Positions 10,439-20,920 are shown, counted from the stretch's first letter. The stretch: DNA of 64,000 nt from an uncultured Candidatus Saccharibacteria bacterium (GCA_964355515.1 CAYHDV010000002.1:6622-70621), one strand, 5' to 3'. The notes: generated from the letters alone by a model not told the origin. Program-made: numbers and translations.

Positions 10439-10684
10439 AATTTTTTTGTTTGCACAGGGTTCAATGGAATCTGATTGCCAGTATGCCTTTTGAGTTTATA
10501 TAAAATAGCCTTGTACGGTAAGAGTTTTTTGTGGGTATGCCAGAGATACATCAGAGGCTCAATCACTTAACTATTCTAGCCATTTTATGCCTTTTGTCAA
10601 TTTTAGCCTTGTAAATCAATACATTATAATCTTATGTACCATTTCTTATTAATCTTTCAATTCTAGAATACAGACATCTTAATA

Positions 10685-10713
10685 AAAAGCCGGCGGATCT
10701 GCCGGCTTTTTTT
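10685..10713. terminator. Hairpin terminator
   Basis: aaaaagccggcggatctgccggcttttttt. Confidence 0.6.
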
Positions 10714-11380
10714 ATTTTACCACATTTAAGTTGGCCTCATTTTCTAGAAAGTTCAAGTAGCATTTCACTTCTGTAATCTTAGGTTCTATCATAGGGGTAA
10801 ATTTTTTCTGACCCCATTCTGAGTAAAACTTTAGATTGCCTAAGAATGATTCTTGAGTCTTGAGAAATTCAACAATGTCCAATCCCATTTCTCTAGGAAG
10901 TCCTATGAGCGTTTGTTGGATCCATGCAGTTGAAAGACTTTGACTCATATCTGCGTCTCGCATTATCCTCTTTAGGAGAGAAAGCTCCAAAGATGTATCT
11001 TGATAGGGAAATTGGGTTGCTCGGATCAAGCCCTCTATGCCTTTTTCTCTACCAAGGTCTTCTGAGTGAAGGTATTTCTTCATAGCTCTTACAGATGCTT
11101 CAATTTCAAGATCATCATTTCCGTTCATTTTTCCTGAATGGTTGAAGTCATGGAATATTGCTGCAATTAGGACATTTCTTGTGTCGTATGGGTCTAGACA
11201 ATGATAGACAGCCGCATCGTAACTTTCCCACATTACATGAAGCATATGCCTTAAGTTGTGGTATGGGTTGTGGATGTTTGAGGCGTGTTTGTATAGAACA
11301 CAAAAGTAGTATCGGAGATTTCCAGTGTATCTCCCTTGTTTGTTGTCGATGATGTCGACTATGCTCATATTTCTTGACAT
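10712..11380 (-). CDS. HD-domain phosphohydrolase
   Basis: H…HD…D metal-binding pattern (AAIFHDFNHSG, DADMS). Confidence 0.6.
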   Translation of the reverse strand: MSRNMSIVDIIDNKQGRYTGNLRYYFCVLYKHASNIHNPYHNLRHMLHVMWESYDAAVYHCLDPYDTRNVLIAAIFHDFNHSGKMNGNDDLEIEASVRAMKKYLHSEDLGREKGIEGLIRATQFPYQDTSLELSLLKRIMRDADMSQSLSTAWIQQTLIGLPREMGLDIVEFLKTQESFLGNLKFYSEWGQKKFTPMIEPKITEVKCYLNFLENEANLNVVK

Positions 11381-11501
11381 GATTTCTATATGTATTTGTT
11401 AAAGATTAGATTCATTTAAAGTGTAAAGGATATTGGAAAGCTAAACAATAGATTTTGTCGAACTTTTTGACAAAACTCCAAGAGAAGAATATAATTAAAA
11501 T

Positions 11502-12248
11502 ATGGGCATTCAAGAGAAAATTTTAAATTCTCTACAAAAACTAGGTTTCAGCGACAAAGAATCCAAGGTATATTTGTCTACTCTTGAATTAGGTGAAGCA
11601 ACAATCCAATCTATTTCAAAGCATTCTAAAATAAAGAGAACAAGTATTTATTATGTATTAGATAAACTGAAGAAAGATGGGTTTCTTATTGAATCAAAAA
11701 TAAATAAAAAAGCTCACTACGTGGCTATTTCTCCAAAAGAGCTGATGAAAAAAGTTAGAGAAAATGTGTATGAGTTTGAAAACGTTCTTGATGATTTAGA
11801 AAAAAGAAGACACAGTGTTTATCATAAACCCAGAGTTTATTTTCTCTACGGGGCAGCTGGTTTTAAGCACATCTGGGAAATGATTTTTGATTCAAATTGT
11901 AAGGAGTACTGGATTATAACTGAAGGAGAAAACTTTTTAGGTTTTGTTAAAGAAAAGTATATCTTAAAGGAGATTATAAAAGAGAAACAGAAAAGAGGAT
12001 TGAAAAGTCGGCAACTAATAGTGGATTCGCCCTATGCTAGAGCTTTGATCAAGAAAGACTCAATAGAAAATAGAGTATCCAAGATGCTACCGAAAGGTCA
12101 CCAGATACCTTTTACAGAAATAATTACTGACAAATTTGTGGCTTTCATTTCACCGAGATGGGACAACTTACTTTTTATTACAGAAAATGAAAGTTTTGCA
12201 AAAACAAGACAATCATTGTTTAGGCTAATTTGGGATTCAATTGAATAA
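11502..12248 (+). CDS. TrmB-family HTH transcriptional regulator
   Basis: N-terminus LGFSDKESKVYLSTLELGEATIQSISKHSKIKRTSIYYVLDKLKKDGFL matches the TrmB winged-helix pattern. Confidence 0.6.
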   Translation: MGIQEKILNSLQKLGFSDKESKVYLSTLELGEATIQSISKHSKIKRTSIYYVLDKLKKDGFLIESKINKKAHYVAISPKELMKKVRENVYEFENVLDDLEKRRHSVYHKPRVYFLYGAAGFKHIWEMIFDSNCKEYWIITEGENFLGFVKEKYILKEIIKEKQKRGLKSRQLIVDSPYARALIKKDSIENRVSKMLPKGHQIPFTEIITDKFVAFISPRWDNLLFITENESFAKTRQSLFRLIWDSIE

Positions 12249-12323
12249 AGGTTATTTGAAAATTTAAAAAAATGATATGATGTGTATATAGAGTTTTATA
12301 AATAATTTTTTTAAAAAATAAAC

Positions 12324-12386
12324 ATGGCAAAAGGAAATAATTCACAAAGAAAAGAAGTTAAGAAACCAAAAAAGCCAAAGAAGTAA
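12324..12386 (+). CDS. Tiny Lys-rich ORF (20 aa, MAKGNNSQRKEVKKPKKPKK); speculative
   Basis: ATG…TAA with an A-rich upstream region, followed by hairpin terminator aaaacctcgctagaacaatctggtgaggttttt at 12397..12432. Confidence 0.2.
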   Translation: MAKGNNSQRKEVKKPKKPKK

Positions 12387-12426
12387 AACAAAAACCTCGC
12401 TAGAACAATCTGGTGAGGTTTTTGTT

Positions 12427-12993
12427 TTACTTTCTTTTTTTAATAATAAGGTAGGACATGAGAGAGTTCACCACGATCATGGTTATTGAGTGGAGCATGG
12501 TGGCTATGTTGTAAGTCTCAAGAGAAAACAGGGCTAGACCATGGCGTGAGGCATTCATGGTGTAGAGGATGTGACGCTCTGTCTCGGGGTGATTTTTGGC
12601 TTTTCTTATGGTTGGGATAAAAGCGATTAGGTCAATTGATACCACAATGACAACAGAGAGTGTCGGATCATTTGTTAGTGCCCAAGGGATCAACCCCAAG
12701 AGTGCTACCACTAAGAATATGGTGTCTCTTTTTTCTATATTTTTGAAACCATAGCGAAGAGAAAAAAGAAAAATAATTATGGTAAATATCTCAGAAGCTC
12801 CTGTTGGGATAGCTCCCACCCCAGCCCCTTTTGCCACCTGTCCAAAAAATGTAACCGCAGAAACAATAGACCAGACCAGCCAAGTATAGGGGTGTGGCTG
12901 AATCTCTTTTTTGAATACACTTATAAGGTATGGAATATTTCCAACTATCGCCATCCCGGCTGCAACAAGAGCAATTATGGTTTTTATTAACAT
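12427..12993 (-). CDS. Polytopic membrane protein, unknown function
   Basis: 188-aa ORF with 5–6 hydrophobic helices. Confidence 0.5.
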   Translation of the reverse strand: MLIKTIIALVAAGMAIVGNIPYLISVFKKEIQPHPYTWLVWSIVSAVTFFGQVAKGAGVGAIPTGASEIFTIIIFLFSLRYGFKNIEKRDTIFLVVALLGLIPWALTNDPTLSVVIVVSIDLIAFIPTIRKAKNHPETERHILYTMNASRHGLALFSLETYNIATMLHSITMIVVNSLMSYLIIKKRK

Positions 12994-13035
12994 GAGATGA
13001 TTATATCAGTTTAAGAGAGAAGTATTCGTTTTGGT

Positions 13036-13299
13036 TTGGTACAATTAATCATTATGAGTCCATACTATACATATATCCTCAGGTGCAAAGACGGTACGCT
13101 ATACACAGGGATAGCCACCGACCTTCAAAGGAGATTGGATGAGCACAATAGGGAGGGAAAACTTGGTTCGAAGTACACTCGTGCCAGGCGTCCTGTCGAG
13201 CTTGTTTATTCAAAGAAATTTCCAGATAGGTCGAGCGCCACAAAAGAAGAGTTGAGGATAAAAAGGCTTACGAGAGAGGAGAAGCTGGATCTGATTTAG
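13036..13299 (+). CDS. GIY-YIG nuclease superfamily protein (YhbQ/UPF0213-like)
   Basis: YTYILRCKDGTLYTGIATDLQRRLDEHN, GIY-YIG core. Confidence 0.75.
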   Translation: MVQLIIMSPYYTYILRCKDGTLYTGIATDLQRRLDEHNREGKLGSKYTRARRPVELVYSKKFPDRSSATKEELRIKRLTREEKLDLI

Positions 13300-13356
13300 T
13301 TTTTTTATTTTCAAAAACTTTTCCTTTTTTCTTGGCAAAAAAAGAAGCAAAAAGCC

Positions 13357-13715
13357 AAGACACCTCACTTTTTACTAAAAACACCACAATTTTTCCTAAA
13401 GTCGCTAACCGGCTACGCCTTCAAGCGCTCCTTCTTAACGAAAAAATTATGTTGTTTTCTTACTGTAAAAAGCTCAAGTGTCAAAAACCACTCATCTAAC
13501 ACTTGCAAAACTTTCCGACACTTGAGCTTTAACTTTTAAAATATTCACGGTTTTTTTGATTAGTGCGAAGCTTTAGCGACAGCGATCAGCGTAGCGCCAA
13601 AAAAACCGTGATTTATTTTTTAGGTAAAGTGAGGTGTCTAGCTTTTTTGTTTCTTTTTCAGCAATGGAAAAAGAAAAGTATACTTCTTTAGATCCTGAAA
13701 TAAATTCAGGATGAC
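13357..13715 (-). repeat. Structured intergenic repeat element, copy B (family 1, inverted), bounded by 14-bp terminal inverted repeats; plus one GTCATCC hairpin
   Basis: Reverse complement of 13518..13556 and 13636..13680 matches copy A/C blocks. 12-bp perfect stem cacggttttttt/aaaaaaaccgtg at 13547..13610. TIR agacacctcacttt at 13357..13370 is inverted at 13626..13639. Hairpin gatcctgaaataaattcaggatgac at 13691..13715. Confidence 0.75.
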
Positions 13716-13823
13716 AGAATTTTTACTTCCAGTAATGAAAAAAATGATAGGAGGGTCAATCAGAATATTGACAAACAACTAAAAGACTTGCTTATTTAAA
13801 TTAAGCATGTTATACTTTTATTT

Positions 13824-14492
13824 ATGAGCGATTACAACAGAGGAGGAGATAGAGGGGGGAACAGAGGAGGTGGATTTGGTGGAAACCGTGGGGGAGGATT
13901 CGGTGGCGACAGAGGTGGAAACCGAAAGCCTTCTTTTGGTGGAGACCGACGAAGTGACCGAGGAGGATTCGGTGCCCCAACTATGCACAAAGCAAAGTGT
14001 GACGGTTGTGGAAACATGGCAGAATTGCCATTTAAACCAACTGGAGATAAGCCAGTATTCTGTAGTGCATGTTTTAGTGCCAAGAGAGAAGAATCTGGAG
14101 GCGGAGATCGACGTGATTCACGAGGAGGAGACAGAAAGCCTTCTTTTGGTGGAGACCGAAGAAATGACCGAGACCGACGACCAGCCGGAGGAGATGTAAG
14201 TGGATTGGCACAAAAAGTTGATGCACTTCATGCAAAAATGGACAAAATTCTAAAGTCCCTTAATCTTCCAACAGAAGATGCCCACGAATCTGAAACAGTA
14301 TTCCGAGCGGCAAAGGAACCGATGGCTCCAAAGAAAGCAAAAGTGAAGAATGTAAAAGACGGAGATTTAAAAAAAGCTATATCAAAAATTTCAGCTCCAA
14401 AAGTTGAACTTAAAAAAATAACAAAGAAAGTTGTTAAAAATGTAGCTGTAAAGAAATCAGCTGTAAAGAAAGTTGTAAAGAAAAAGAAATAA
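13824..14492 (+). CDS. RGG-repeat / zinc-ribbon / Lys-rich tail protein (putative nucleic-acid-binding)
   Basis: Repeated GGxRGG(G)FGG and KPSFGGDRR units flank a CxxC-x17-CxxC ribbon (CDGCG…FCSACF). C-terminal third is K/V-rich. Confidence 0.6.
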   Translation: MSDYNRGGDRGGNRGGGFGGNRGGGFGGDRGGNRKPSFGGDRRSDRGGFGAPTMHKAKCDGCGNMAELPFKPTGDKPVFCSACFSAKREESGGGDRRDSRGGDRKPSFGGDRRNDRDRRPAGGDVSGLAQKVDALHAKMDKILKSLNLPTEDAHESETVFRAAKEPMAPKKAKVKNVKDGDLKKAISKISAPKVELKKITKKVVKNVAVKKSAVKKVVKKKK

Positions 14493-14585
14493 TTAAAATC
14501 AAAAATCACCGAAAGGTGATTTTTGATTTGGGGTTTCTTGGAAACAAGCTTTACTATATGTCAATAATACGTTAATCTATTCCTT

Positions 14586-16043
14586 ATGTCAGGAAACGGA
14601 AGTATTGTAAAATTTGATGAAGTGACTTTTCACTTTGGAATAAAAAAGCCCATCATGACTGAGGCTAGTTTTTCTCTTCGGAGAGGCTCAAAAGTGACCC
14701 TCATGGGCCAAAACGGTGCAGGTAAGAGTACTTTGTTTAAACTACTTACAAACTCACTTCAGCCAGAAGAAGGGCGTATTATCATTGATCCCAAGCTCAC
14801 TATCGCGCTTTCTCGGCAGGTTATTCCTAGAGAGGAGCTTGGGTTTACAGTGAGGGAGTTTTTTCAATCAGTTTTCAGAGAAAAGGTGTATGATTTGGAT
14901 CCAAGAATAAAAGATACCCTTGAGATAGTGAACCTCCCTTTGAGTGATTATGATCGAAAGATCAAAGATTTTTCTGGTGGCCAACAAGCTAGACTGCTTC
15001 TTGCCTCTGCATTGATTCAGAAACCAGATCTACTTTTGCTTGATGAGCCTACGAACAACCTAGATCATTCAGGAATTAATCACTTAACTGAATTTCTAAA
15101 AAATTATGATAAAACAGTGGTGGTTATTTCCCATGATGCTGAGTTTCTAAATGCCTTCACTGAAGGTGTGCTTTATTTAGATATATTCACAAAGAAAATT
15201 GATAACTATGTTGGTAATTACTTTGATGTAATCAAGCAGATCGAGATAAGAGTAGAAAAAGAAAAAAGACTAAACGCTCGACTTGATAAGAGTATCCAAG
15301 AAAAAAAGGACAAAGCAAACTTCTTTGCAAACAAGGGAGGGCGACTTCGAGCTGTGGCAAAACAGATGAGAGAAGTAGCAGAGGAGGCTGAGGCAAACAA
15401 AGTAGATGGATACAAAGAAGATAAAACAATCCGACCTTTCGTTATTCCTATTCAAGAAAATATAGGGGGTGAAATTGTAAAAATAGAGTCTGTTGAAAGG
15501 CTTCACAACGGCAAAGTACAAACAAGAGAAGCAAATATTTCTCTAAGAAAGGGAGACAGGCTACTCTTGGCTGGTCCAAATGGAATTGGGAAGAGTACCT
15601 TACTTGAGTCTCTAGCTACAGGGAAGGCAAAGGGTGTGACTATCGCAAGTGGAATTGAGATTGGTTATTATCGGCAGGATTTCTCAACTCTCAACTTTGA
15701 AGATACTGTTTTTAAATCTCTATCTGAAATTATGGATAGGGTAGATGAGCAGGCCCTCAGGTCCATGGCGTCTGGGTTTTTGATTGCAGGAGATATGATG
15801 TACACAAAAATTGGAGATTTGTCCGAAGGGCAGAAGGGCCTTGTAGCATTTGCTAGGCTAGTACTCCAAAAACCAGGACTTCTTATTATGGATGAGCCGA
15901 CAAACCACATAAACTTCCGGCACCTTCCTGTTATCGCAAAGGCTCTTGATCAGTATGAGGGAGTCATGATAGTTGTTTCCCATGTGCCAGAGTTTTTAGA
16001 AAAAATCCACATCAATCAGACATTAGATTTGGGGAAAAAGTAA
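14586..16043 (+). CDS. ABC-F family ATPase (tandem ABC domains, no TMD; ribosome-associated type)
   Basis: Two Walker A motifs (GQNGAGKST, GPNGIGKST), two ABC signatures (LSGGQQARL, LSEGQKGLV), two Walker B motifs and an inter-domain linker. Confidence 0.85.
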   Translation: MSGNGSIVKFDEVTFHFGIKKPIMTEASFSLRRGSKVTLMGQNGAGKSTLFKLLTNSLQPEEGRIIIDPKLTIALSRQVIPREELGFTVREFFQSVFREKVYDLDPRIKDTLEIVNLPLSDYDRKIKDFSGGQQARLLLASALIQKPDLLLLDEPTNNLDHSGINHLTEFLKNYDKTVVVISHDAEFLNAFTEGVLYLDIFTKKIDNYVGNYFDVIKQIEIRVEKEKRLNARLDKSIQEKKDKANFFANKGGRLRAVAKQMREVAEEAEANKVDGYKEDKTIRPFVIPIQENIGGEIVKIESVERLHNGKVQTREANISLRKGDRLLLAGPNGIGKSTLLESLATGKAKGVTIASGIEIGYYRQDFSTLNFEDTVFKSLSEIMDRVDEQALRSMASGFLIAGDMMYTKIGDLSEGQKGLVAFARLVLQKPGLLIMDEPTNHINFRHLPVIAKALDQYEGVMIVVSHVPEFLEKIHINQTLDLGKK

Positions 16044-16079
16044 GGATATAATTTTCATTTTTTATTATATAATTGGGCA

Positions 16080-18805
16080 ATGATGAATATTCGGGCAATA
16101 AAGCTTTTGGCCTTTTCGGGTGTATTTTTATTCTTTCTTTTTGTTGGTTCTCCAAAAGCCTTTGCTGCGTGTGGGGATAGTATCACAGGTGGTTCTGGAA
16201 CAGTTGGAAGTCCTTATCTGATTAGCACACCAACAGAACTTGCAGCGATTTCAAATTGTTTAGGTGGAGGAAATGCAAGTAAATATTTTCTTTTGGATAG
16301 TAATATTGATTTAAATGTTTCTCCATATAACACTGGAACGGTTGGACTCCAATCGGAACAAGTGGCAACGGTTTCTATGGAAAGTTTGATGGGGATTTTT
16401 ATACTATTTCTAATTTGTATTTCAACAGCTCCGGCACTGACTATGTTGGACTCTTTGGGTATGTTTCAAGTGGGGCCACAATTTCAGATCTTATTTTGCA
16501 AAACGCGACAGCCACTGGTGATTACGGTGTTGGAGCACTAGCTGGGGTAAATTACGGTGCCATTTCTCAGGTTGGAGTTATCGATGGATCAATAACAGGG
16601 AGTCAGCGTGTCGGAGGACTTATTGGGTCAAATTACGGTTCCATGACAAAAACATATTCTGATAACAGTGTGTATTTTGTTCCAGTTGGGGCAACATGTT
16701 GTGTGGGTGGACTCGCCGGAGAAGCTTATAGTGGTGGAACAATAAATAATTCGTATTCACGAAGTAATATCGTCATAACATATCATGCTTCTAACCAAGG
16801 AGCTGCTGGTGGGGTGTATGGAAACGACTATACTAGTAGCACCAAAACAAGACTTTATTCAACAGGATCTATTACTATGGTGTCTGGGAACCTTCCGTCA
16901 TCCGTGGGTGGACTTGCTGGATCTAATTATACAAGCACCACAGAATCATACTGGGACACGCAGACATCGGGACTTGGGACATCCAGTGGTGGTGCAGGAG
17001 TTGTCGGGAAAACGACTTCACAGATGAAAACTCAAGGCACATATACTAACTGGGACTTCAGCACCGTGTGGGCCATTGACGGCGTAAATAATGATGGATA
17101 TCCATATTTGTTGTGGCAAGATTTTTCTGATGTGACCGCACCGACAATTAGCTCTGTTTCCTCTGACAAAGCAAATGGCTCTTATAAAGCAGGGGAAGTG
17201 ATTGATATTGATGTGACTTTTTCTGAGGCAGTAACTTCAACTGGAGACGTGACAGTGACTCTTGAAACCGGGGACACTGATCGAACCTGTGTTTTTACCG
17301 TATCAGCAAGCGCAAGTGGAACATGTAACTATACTGTCCAAGCCGGAGACACAACCGCCGACCTTACTGTGAGCTCAATCTCAGGAACAATCGTTGACAC
17401 TTCGTCAAACGCAATGAGTAACTTCGCACCATCAACAAATCTGGCAGCCAACAAAGCGCTTGTGATTGATACAACTGCCCCAACCATTTCGACACTATCG
17501 CCAGCGGATGGTGCAACGGGAGTTTCTGCAACGGCGAACCTTGTTTTGACTTTTGATACAGCGGTTGATGTGGAAACAGGAGAGATCGCGATTAAAAGAT
17601 CTAGTGATGATTTCACCATTGAAACCGTTGATGTGACGAGTGGTTTTGTTACTGGTACCGGAACAACAACCATTACGGTAAATCCGACTACAATATTATC
17701 TAGCCTCACTCAATATTATATCCAAATCGACGCAACGGCATTTGATGACATAGCAGGGAATAGTTATGCAGGAATTTCTAATACGACTTCATGGAATTTT
17801 ACCACTGCTGATACTAGTGTTCCAGTAGTGTCTAGTTTTTCTCCGCTTGATGGAGCGACCGATGTGGAAATTGATGCGAATTTAGTTATTACCTTTGATG
17901 AAATAGTAGACGTAGAAACGGGAAATATCCTCATCAAAAAATCCTCTGATGATTCAACAATTGAAACTATTGATGTCGCAGGGGGGCTTGTAACAGGTAC
18001 AGGAACTGCAATCATTACTATTAATCCCAGCGTGGCTCTTCTTGAAAATACATCATATTACATCAATATTGATGCGACCGCTTTTGATGATGCTTCTGGG
18101 AATAGTTTTGCAGGGATTTCAGACTCATCAACATGGGCCTTTGTGACAGCTTCTAGCAGTTCTGGGTCGTCAACTATTCCTCCACCATTGTGTAGAGCTG
18201 TAGCTACACCGAGCATGGTATACAAAGGAGAAAAAAGTATGATCTCAATAGTGCCAGAGTATATTGCTGGTGTTACTAGGTATTATGTTAAAGATGAGAG
18301 CACTAAAGCTCTCTATGATCAAGGAAGAGATATCACTCTTTACCCCACAAAGACAGGGGAGTATTCATTTGCAACCATAAATGAATGGGGGGCAAATTTT
18401 TGTAGTGTTTCAATCACTGCATTAGAGAAAAAAGCAGAACCTGTTATTTCTATAGATGAAAGTGATTCCTCAGAAAATGATGTAGGCTTTGGTGATCGTG
18501 TAGTAGTGGCTGTGGTAGACTCTGAGCCTACAATAGATGAGGTATCTGGAGAGGATGATAAAAAAATAATTCCGATTCTTCCTTTTACTCGAACTCTAAA
18601 GAGATATAACAAGGGGGATGATGTGCTATTACTTCAAGTTATTCTTAATTTATTAAATGTTGATAATCTTACAAAATTAGAAGAAGATGGAGACTTTGGT
18701 TCTCGGACAGAAAAAGCAGTCAAATCATTTCAAAAATTTTATGAGTTAGAAGAAGATGGAGTTGTGGGTAGAAATACTCGAGGAGCTTTGAATAAGAGAG
18801 ATTAG
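16080..18805 (+). CDS. Large secreted cell-surface protein: signal peptide, GLUG-like repeats, tandem Ig-like domains, C-terminal PG_binding_1; apparent frameshift near 16330
   Basis: ORF 16080..16541 (signal peptide, …DSNIDLNVSPYN) and ORF 16415..18805 form one gene. Frame 2 upstream of 16415 reads HWNGWTPIGTSGNGFYGKFDGDFYTISN, the canonical start of GLUG-type adhesins, back to a stop at 16328. Two 115-aa Ig-like repeats lie at ~17471..18160. C-terminal LLLQVILN…EEDGDFGSRTEKAVKSFQ is a peptidoglycan-binding domain. Confidence 0.7.
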
Positions 18806-18910
18806 AGTTTTTTGGTGTGTTAGGGTTTTGATAAATATCAAAAAATAGACCTTGTTTGACAAAAACATGTGTTAGAGGTAATATCTTTCTAAATTTGAAA
18901 AAAGAAAGAG

Positions 18911-19528
18911 ATGAGCAAAATTAAAGATCCGAAAGAGAAGTACAGATATCTTAAAAGAGAACTGAGGAGCCTTGGCTTCATAAGAGAGACCAAAAAAATG
19001 TGGAATCTCTATCAAGAAAAATTTGGTATTGAGCTTTCAAAGGCCGCCCATGTCCCTTACACAAAAGATGCTGCAAGTTTCATCTTTGACATAAGGGGCT
19101 ATCAGGTGGTTGTCCGGACCACCTACGACCCATCTTTGAAAGATTTTTCTAAAAAGGGAAGTCTGTACGTGGTTATTCGGAAGGACTCACAGGCTATTTT
19201 CTCTAGGCAAATCCATCGTAAGGGAAATTTCCAATACAAAGTGATTCGTTTTGCAAAAGAGCTTGCTAAACAGCTCAAAGTCAGACCACTCGATTCTAGG
19301 AAAATACCAATGATTTTAGAGAGAGTGTCATATGGAAACATGGCATGGAAATCAGTTGATGGTACGGAGAGAAAGGTTTTCTTTGTTGGGTCCCCAAAAG
19401 AAATTCTTGATTTGGTAAAAGCAAAGGATTACTATGATCAATTTGTCACCAAAAAGAGGGGTGTCAAAACCAGGATCAGAGAATTCAAAAAGACATCAAA
19501 GGTGGGAACGCCAGAGAATGTTGATTGA
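18911..19528 (+). CDS. Hypothetical basic protein
   Basis: 205-aa ORF followed by terminator hairpin agccgcccaggatgggcggct at 19539..19566. Confidence 0.5.
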   Translation: MSKIKDPKEKYRYLKRELRSLGFIRETKKMWNLYQEKFGIELSKAAHVPYTKDAASFIFDIRGYQVVVRTTYDPSLKDFSKKGSLYVVIRKDSQAIFSRQIHRKGNFQYKVIRFAKELAKQLKVRPLDSRKIPMILERVSYGNMAWKSVDGTERKVFFVGSPKEILDLVKAKDYYDQFVTKKRGVKTRIREFKKTSKVGTPENVD

Positions 19529-19590
19529 TTTGTTTGAGAGCCGCCCAGGATGGGCGGCTCTTTATATATAAAAAACCAGCATAAAGCTGG

Positions 19591-19953
19591 TTAATTTTGA
19601 GTATCCCTGTAATCATTTGGATAAATAGCCTTGTCTATGCTTTCTAGCAAAAGCCTCATACCCAGTGGATTGTTAGGTGATGTTTTGTTGGAGAAACCAT
19701 TCCACCCTTGTTGACGAATTGCTCGCCTTATCCCTGAGTCCTGTATTTTTTCCGGCAGAGTGCCTTTGGATGTTAAATTCTGCAGTTCAAATTCTGCAGT
19801 TGTTTCCAAGATTTTGCCCCTTTTTACTAGTGCCTCAAAGACACTTTTTGCATAATCCAGATCGTAGAGGTTAAGAGTAATTTCTGTACTGTCTATCAAG
19901 CAAATGAGTACAGTCTCTTTTGGAAGATTTGATAAGTTCACAATTTTTCCCAT
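19591..19953 (-). CDS. Hypothetical protein
   Basis: 120-aa ORF with no recognisable motif. Confidence 0.4.
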   Translation of the reverse strand: MGKIVNLSNLPKETVLICLIDSTEITLNLYDLDYAKSVFEALVKRGKILETTAEFELQNLTSKGTLPEKIQDSGIRRAIRQQGWNGFSNKTSPNNPLGMRLLLESIDKAIYPNDYRDTQN

Positions 19954-20008
19954 TGTTTTTGATTGTTTTTCTTAATGTTATCATTAAACCTACTATAATC
20001 AATAGGCT

Positions 20009-20305
20009 ATGAAAAAGATACTAAAGATAAAGGAGAAAGTTTGGATTTGGCCGGGTGAGACCGCAAACTGGTTTTTCGTGTATGTTGATACTCCTTCAGT
20101 TTTGAAAATAAGAGAAGAGACGAAGGGCAAAAGAGGGTTCGGTGCGGTCAGAGTAGAAGCCAAAGTGGGGAAGACCGTCTGGGAATCTTCTATGTTTTGG
20201 AGTAAAAAAGACAATTGCTACATCTTCCCGATCAAGAAAGAGGTTAGAAGAAAAGAGGGGATACTAGATGGTGATTCTCTAACAATTTTTCTTACTATTG
20301 TATAA
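20009..20305 (+). CDS. DUF1905-family protein
   Basis: GFGAVRVEAKVGKTVWESSMF…YIFPIKKEVRRKEGILDGDSLTI matches the DUF1905 beta-barrel pattern. Confidence 0.6.
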   Translation: MKKILKIKEKVWIWPGETANWFFVYVDTPSVLKIREETKGKRGFGAVRVEAKVGKTVWESSMFWSKKDNCYIFPIKKEVRRKEGILDGDSLTIFLTIV

Positions 20306-20507
20306 TTAAGAAATTAAAAAAGCTATATCCTTGTATAAAGTTTTTTGTGATAATATATTTATATATGGAATCTTTGGATGAAAATCAATTCAATAAATCA
20401 ATGGAATTTTATGAAAGAGGGAAGAATAAGATTGTTTTTGATGCAGGCCTTGAATACATTGACAATCGATTAGAGGAACTTAAAACTATGAGAATAGTCC
20501 AGTAGGT

Positions 20508-20732
20508 TTGGTTAAAATAATGGAGGATTTATCAAATGTTGGAACTACTCTGGGTATCTTGTTCCAAGTAGAAAATCAAGGATCTGAAATACTGGGATTC
20601 TTGGAAAACAAACAAAAGCTTCTTGATAGTTTTGAAAGCTCTCTAGCAGATCTTAATCATGACTATGAAGATGAATATGAAAAATTTATTAAGATGGAAG
20701 AATCTATCAAAAAAAATGATAATCTAAACTAA
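20508..20732 (+). CDS. Small acidic hypothetical protein
   Basis: 74-aa ORF. Confidence 0.35.
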   Translation: MVKIMEDLSNVGTTLGILFQVENQGSEILGFLENKQKLLDSFESSLADLNHDYEDEYEKFIKMEESIKKNDNLN

Positions 20733-20867
20733 AAAACACATCTATCTGATGTGTTTTTTAGTTTATCTTTTGGGGTCAGAGAGAAGATCGGCACCACAAG
20801 AGTATTTCCATTTTTAAATTCCTTAGCCTTGCTTACCTCCACCAACTTCACTACTCTAAATCATGTT

Positions 20868-20920
20868 CTGAGAGCCAGAGAGAAGATTCGAACTCCCGAC
20901 CTTCGCTTTACAAAAGTGTT
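20868..20920 (-). repeat. Duplicated 3' half (53 nt) of tRNA-Thr, 123 bp downstream of the intact gene
   Basis: 20868..20920 is identical to 20991..21043 except one base (T vs C). It covers the T-arm and acceptor 3' strand but lacks the D-arm/5' half. Confidence 0.85.

Noticed and set aside
13832-14199. ORFs 13832..14083 (−) and 13870..14199 (+) overlapping the RGG protein gene
   Set aside because: These are artefacts of the GGN/CGN triplet periodicity of the RGG repeats. The main-frame ORF carries the zinc ribbon and has a proper start and stop.
16080-16541. Separate 153-aa secreted protein
   Set aside because: Its C-terminal 70 aa are out-of-frame junk overlapping the true continuation. 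It is treated as the N-terminal exon of the frameshifted surface-protein gene.
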